A stretch of DNA of 64,000 nucleotides from Candidatus Amesbacteria bacterium (lineage in GTDB: Bacteria; Patescibacteriota; Microgenomatia; CAZETR01; Amesbacteraceae), in assembly GCA_963736875.1 (NCBI GenBank), contig CAVTQH010000002.1, positions 270,663 to 334,662 on the forward strand, read 5' to 3'. The position numbers and the translations under genes were made by a program. The notes beneath the pieces were generated by a model. It did no database searches, had not been told where the DNA came from, and worked only from the letters and a program-made list of their open reading frames with translations. This document shows, piece by piece, positions 59,128 to 64,000 of this stretch (its first letter is position 1; each line of letters opens with the position of its first letter).

Positions 59128-59703
59128 ATGATTACCCATGATCAGGCTTTGTCTTTAATCCGTACCCATGTCAAAAATGAGAATATTGTCAGGCACATGC
59201 TGGCTTTAGAAGCCGTTATGGGAGCCCTTTTTGATCACCTCAAACCTGCCGATAGCAGCACCAAAGAACAGTGGATGTTAGCCGGTCTCCTGCACGACGG
59301 GGATTATTGTGATGAGGTTCCCCATAATTTGCAGGGTATAAAAATTGTTGAATGGGTAAAAACTTCCGGGTATGAAATTCCGGACAATGTGGCTCATGCT
59401 ATGGCTGCCCACAACTGGACCAACACCGGAGTAGAACCAAAAAACCGGATGGATTGGGCTATTTTTTGCGCCGATTCTTTAACCGGCCTGATTGTCGCCT
59501 CGGCACTGGTAATACCTTCCAAAAAATTGGCTGATGTAATAATCAGTTCCGTTCTCAAGCGTTTCAGGGAGTCGGGTTTTGCCCGCGGTACCCGCCGTGA
59601 AGACATTGCCCTTTGTCAGGACAAGTTGGGATTATCTCTTGAAGAATTTGTATCCATATCTCTCACAGCTATGCAAAATATTGCCGGTGATATAGGTTTA
59701 TAA
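59128..59703 (+). CDS. HD-domain phosphohydrolase
   Basis: 'RHMLALEAV' His and 'AGLLHDGDY' HD dyad. ATG at 59128 chosen over the track ORF from 58981, which overlaps the Fic gene. Confidence 0.6.
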   Translation: MITHDQALSLIRTHVKNENIVRHMLALEAVMGALFDHLKPADSSTKEQWMLAGLLHDGDYCDEVPHNLQGIKIVEWVKTSGYEIPDNVAHAMAAHNWTNTGVEPKNRMDWAIFCADSLTGLIVASALVIPSKKLADVIISSVLKRFRESGFARGTRREDIALCQDKLGLSLEEFVSISLTAMQNIAGDIGL

Positions 59704-59707
59704 GTAT

Positions 59708-59920
59708 ATGAGCAAACAAATGGAATATAAGCAGGGATACATGGCGGAGACATTGGGGAAAGTCATAGTGATTACTGATTTTGTCTCCATGATTATTGCC
59801 ACTGCGGCCAAAGTGGAAGTTCCGGATTTTGTTTACATCTGTCCCGTGGCAATAGGACTCATCGGTTTAAACATGATATTTAAAGGCCGGGAGATGATGA
59901 TGCGGAACAAATTCCGGTAA
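59708..59920 (+). CDS. Small hypothetical membrane protein
   Basis: 70 aa with two TM helices. Confidence 0.3.
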   Translation: MSKQMEYKQGYMAETLGKVIVITDFVSMIIATAAKVEVPDFVYICPVAIGLIGLNMIFKGREMMMRNKFR

Positions 59921-59959
59921 CTCCGTACCAATTGATGTAAAATATTCTCAGAAACCTGT

Positions 59960-61277
59960 ATGCTCGATATTAAATTTATCCGCGAACATCCTGACGAAGT
60001 TCAGAAAAACATTGATTTCAGAGGCGGTAAAGTAACAGCCTCTGAGGTTTTGGAAATTGATAAAAAAAGGCGGGATCTGATCGTAGAAATTGAGACTATT
60101 CGGGCCAAGCGAAACCGTCGGCCGGGTGAAAAGCCGGACGCCGGTGAGATGGACGAGCTTAAAATACAGCGCCGGAAATTGAAGGATCTGGAAGGGGAGT
60201 TGGCGGTCACAGAAAAGACTTTTGAGGATAAACTCTCCCGTTTGCCCAACATGTCTTCTCCGGATATGCCCAAAGGCAGGGGAGATGCGGATCATGTTGA
60301 GCTTTGTGCCTGGATTCCCAAAACAGGTTATCTTTCAAAGGACCAAGCTCGGGACCGGTTTTCATTCGGCTCAGTATATGCCCCAAAAATCCGGCAAACA
60401 CCATGTAGATTTGGGAAAAGAATTGGATGTTATCGATATCGAACAGAGCGCCTTGGTCTCCGGTTCCCGCTTCGCTTATATCAAGGGAGATCTGGTGTTA
60501 TTGCAGTATGCGCTGTTTGATTTGTTAAAGAAAAAACTGTTGACCGAGGGCTTCATTCCCATGTCTGTCCCGATACTGGTCAAAGAACGGGCATTATTTG
60601 GTACCAGTCATTTTCCTGAAGGCCGGGATCAGGTTTACCAAATCAATACGGAATTTGTTGAAGACAAACAACCTCTTTACCTGGTCGGTTCTTCCGAACC
60701 GCCGCTTTTTGCATATTATATGGATAAAGTACTGGAGGAAAAGAATTTACCGGTAAAAATGTTTGCCATTAGTTCGTGTTTTCGAAGCGAAGTCGGCTCC
60801 TGGGGTAAAGATGTCAGGGGAATAAAAAGAGTACATCAATTTGACAAATTGGAGATGGATACTATTACGGTTCCTGAAAAATCCCGGGAGATGATGGAAT
60901 ATTTAAGGGGTATTAATGAATGGCTGATGCAGCAGTTGCAGCTGCCGTACCGGGTAATAAACAAGTGTTCTGGTGACTGCGGTTATAATGCGACCTATCT
61001 TCAGTATGATTGGGAAGGCTGGTTGTCTACCCAAAAAGAATTTATTGAGTTGGGTACGGATACCGACGCCTCCGATTATCAGGCCAGACGTTTAAATATT
61101 TGGTACAAAACATCCGATGGCCAAAAAAGATTGGTCCATACAATCAATGACACCGGTTGCTCCACCCGGATGCTGATTGCTATCCTGGATAACTGCCAGA
61201 ATGCTGACGGATCAGTTACCATCCCCGAAGTTCTCCGGCCTTACATGGGTAAAGACAAAATTCTTCCCGGGATCTAA
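59960..61277 (+). CDS. serS: Seryl-tRNA synthetase, frameshift in a 5-A run at ~60385
   Basis: N-terminal coiled-coil arm in one frame. The catalytic core is in the next frame: 'VSGSRFAYIKGD', motif 2 'FRSEVGSWGKDVRGIKRVHQFDKLE', motif 3 'GCSTRMLIAILDN'. Confidence 0.8.
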
Positions 61278-61286
61278 AATAAAATT

Positions 61287-63110
61287 GTGACAAAAAGTCA
61301 GAAAAAACGGATCGGTTTCTCCCCTACGGCAAATAATTTTTATTATAGGATTTGCCGGCCGCTTTCTATGGAAAAGCAATCCCGGATTATTTCTTGCAGT
61401 AATATTTCTCAATTCGGTTTCCAGCCTGATTATCGTCCCTAACCTGCTTTTGGATAAATACTTTATTGATATTCTGGTAACCAATATCGGCAAACCCAAT
61501 CCGGAAAAGACTCTGAAACTTATTATGTTGATTGTCGCTGCCAGGCTGGGGTTGGCTCTTTTTCGCACCATTTCCAACCGTCTTTCCGGTTTTTATTCCC
61601 GGTCTTTCTTTTGGCACAATAACCAAAGGCTGGAAGTAATGGTGGGGGAGAAATATGCCACTATCAGTGTCCCGGTTTTAGAAGATCCGAAGTTTAAAGA
61701 CCGGTACAACCGGCTGGAACGCGAAGGTTTGAACCGTGTCCAGCGTGTCGGTGAAAATTTTGTCCGGATTCCCCAGCATATCACCGGAATTATTTCTTCA
61801 TTATCGTTCTTTTTTACTACCGAGCCGCTGGTGGTGATAGTCTCCCTTTTGTCACTTTTGCCTTCGGTAATCGTGGATCGGATTTACATCAAAAAGGATT
61901 ATCAGCTCGACCAGCAGGTCACTCTTCTTCATCGTAAACGGGGAATGTATTACTACTATCTTGGCCGCAGCCGGTCCTATCTTGAATCCCGTCTTTTAAA
62001 TATCCATAAATATTTAAGCCGTAAAGTGTACGATCTGTGGGAAGAAATTATCACCCGCCGCCTGCGCCTTCTGCGATCCTGGCGGACTCTGGGGTTTCTG
62101 GCAGGGATCATTGACAATACGGTCTCCTATTCATTTGATGCCATTTTCGGTTTTCAGGCCATCATCAGCAAAATTACCATCGGTACCGCCCAGGCTTATA
62201 TCAGGGCAATTTCCACATTCAAGTCCAGCGTTACCGATTTAACCACCAATCTTATGGAGTTGTATGAAAATTATTTCTATCTTAATGATCTGCATTGGTT
62301 TCTGAACCTGGATACCCCTTATTACAGTAATTCGGGACCGGGATTACCGCCGTCGGATAGGATAAAAATCAGTTTTGACCATGTCTGGTTTAAATATCCG
62401 GGTTCAAATAATTGGATATTAAAAGGAGTGACTTTCGGCATTAACCCCGGGGAAAATATTGCTCTGGTGGGTAAAAACGGTGCCGGTAAAACCACTCTGG
62501 TGAAGCTTCTGTGCGGCTATTACACGCCCCAGAAAGGCCGGGTAACAATTTCCGGAATTAGTATTAATGACATAAATAAAGTCGATTACTGGTCCAAACT
62601 TTCAGTCCTTTTTCAGGACTCTGATGCTTTCGGAATTACAGTCAGAGAAATTATTGCCGCCGGAAATATTTCAAAGATATCGGACCAAAAATCCTTATCG
62701 ACCACGCCAAATTGGCCCAAATTGACGATTGGATTCAAAGTCTGCCCTTAAAATACGATAATCCCATCGGCCGCGATTTCGAAAAAGGGGTTACCCCGTC
62801 TTCCGGTCAATGGCAGAGACTGGCCATCGCCCGGACTTTATTCAAAAATCCCGAAATCATGGTTCTGGACGAACCGACCAGCAATGTCGATCCCCAGGCT
62901 GAAGAAAACATATTTAATCAGATTTTGGCGACCGGATTGGACAAAATCATTTTGTTTATCTCTCACCGTTTTTCAACCGTCCGCAGGGCTAATAAAATTC
63001 TGGTTTTGGAGGATGGAAAAATATCCGAACAGGGGACTCATGACGATCTTTTAAATGCCAATGGCACTTATGCCCGCCTTTTCCGCCTCCAGGCAAAAAG
63101 TTATCAGTAA
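61287..63110 (+). CDS. ABC exporter, fused TMD-NBD (MsbA/type I exporter-like); GTG start; frameshifts at ~61320 (C-run) and ~62700
   Basis: Six TM helices. Walker A 'GKNGAGKTT'. Signature 'SSGQWQRLAIAR'. Walker B 'ILVLDEPTS'. H-loop 'SHR'. Confidence 0.65.
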
Positions 63111-63129
63111 TTTTGAATGCTAAAATACT

Positions 63130-63603
63130 ATGATGGATAACTCTCTGATTACATCCAGCCGGATTACCGATGATTTGGCCCGGCAATTAAATCAGCAAAA
63201 TGAAAAGCAGGTTAAAGATGAAGAAGTTCTGGAAGGCGAAGTTGTCGGGGACACACCCGGTTATGCAGAAACTTCTTCCGGCTCGGCTCCGCACTTGCCG
63301 GGGGATTCCAGTCCCGAAAAAGAGCTCAGGTCCCGCATAGAATCCGGCGAGTGGGACAATCTGGATGATCTGGAAGCTTTCCGGGCGCGGACTCCTGAAG
63401 GTCAGTTAATGGCCAGGACGGAAAGCTTGGATTTCCGTATCCGTCAGCTGGAACAGCGCCTGCCGCTTCTACTGAATCAGCATCTTCAGGATGCTTATAT
63501 CCAGGTCCTTAAAAAAGTCCATGCTTTAAGAAAAACCAAAGGGGCGATTTTTTACTTTTTCTATAAAAACTCGGGTCAGCGGGATTTAGACAGCGGTCGG
63601 TAA
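63130..63603 (+). CDS. Hypothetical acidic/coiled-coil protein
   Basis: 157-aa ORF. No motif recognised. Confidence 0.4.
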   Translation: MMDNSLITSSRITDDLARQLNQQNEKQVKDEEVLEGEVVGDTPGYAETSSGSAPHLPGDSSPEKELRSRIESGEWDNLDDLEAFRARTPEGQLMARTESLDFRIRQLEQRLPLLLNQHLQDAYIQVLKKVHALRKTKGAIFYFFYKNSGQRDLDSGR

Positions 63604-63606
63604 GTT

Positions 63607-63983
63607 ATGTTTGACTTTTTTAAGCCGAAGACTCTGGAAGAGGTAGATTCCGAATACAGCGGCCGGATTCGGGTGGTTTCAAACTCTCGGCAGCCGTCAT
63701 CTGGCTACCGGACCCTTAACCCAAAGCGGAGGGTTGGTCAAAGAAGTTTGGGATCCGGTATTAAAAAAATTCGGCCGCAAAAATAAATCCTGGTTGATTT
63801 TGGGATTGGCCGGCGGAACCATCGCCAAAATTATTTCCGACAGACTTGTCACCATCCGTGATTACCGGTATTGAAATTGATCCTCTGATGATCAAATTGG
63901 GTAAGAAATATCTTGAATTGGGAAAAATTCCCCGTCTGAAAATTGTAATTGCCGATGCCGAAGACTATTTTGCTGAAGACTAA
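63607..63983 (+). CDS. Short spermidine-synthase (PABS)-like fragment with at least two frameshifts
   Basis: 'GRIRVVSNSRQ', 'WLILGLAGGTIAKII' and 'TGIEIDPLMIKLGKKYL...IVIADAEDYFAED' sit in three frames. Only about 125 aa in total. Confidence 0.3.
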
Positions 63984-64000
63984 CGACCACTATGATTACA

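Noticed and set aside
59948-60295. Minus-strand 115-aa ORF
   Set aside because: Antisense to the serS N-terminal arm.

Overview
This 64-kb window looks like a small-genome, Patescibacteria/CPR-like bacterial chromosome at about 45-50 % GC, with an AT-rich accessory stretch in the middle; the lineage call rests only on gene content and is low-confidence. Two findings stand out: a cassette-like array of small unrelated enzymes separated by a conserved ~34-nt repeat, and a tightly overlapping kinase / metallo-beta-lactamase-fold / nucleotidyltransferase operon next to a tRNA-Gln.

The core content is ordinary:
- Envelope and transport: two MacB/FtsX-type ABC systems with a HlyD adaptor, an adjacent OmpR-type two-component system, an ArnT/PMT-like glycosyltransferase, an acyltransferase-3, an L,D-transpeptidase, PAP2, and ICMT-like and DUF1295 membrane methyltransferase/reductase-fold proteins.
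- Two TspO paralogues.
- A complete type IV pilus locus: PilB, PilC, three or four pseudopilins, a 661-aa pilin-like giant protein, a PilM-like/LytR_C fusion, and the major pilin followed by an intrinsic terminator.
- Housekeeping genes: prs, lon, greA, lysS, serS and a ROK kinase.
- An alpha-glucan/trehalose cluster: a GT4 synthase-like gene, GH57, a TreS-type GH13, phosphoglucomutase, and glucan phosphorylase.
- Two tRNAs: Gln-CUG and Glu-CUC.

The AT-rich region (about 7.2-18.25 kb) ends at tRNA-Gln and holds both accessory systems. The cassette array carries MazG-like, LOG-like, GNAT, ASCH, SAM-methyltransferase and NUDIX genes, mostly on the minus strand. The overlapping four-gene operon encodes a P-loop kinase, an MBL-fold hydrolase, a pol-beta nucleotidyltransferase and a hypothetical protein, with a divergent thymidylate-kinase-like gene alongside.

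Caveat: at least about 15 genes carry single-base frameshifts or an in-frame stop, almost all inside A-, G- or C-homopolymer runs. Affected genes include DUF2177, DUF1295, the KBL-like gene, the major pilin, GH57, TreS, GlgP, serS, the ABC exporter and a PABS-like gene. I read most of these as assembly indel artefacts and annotate the full-length genes. Real gene decay, especially in the glucan cluster, cannot be excluded from sequence alone.
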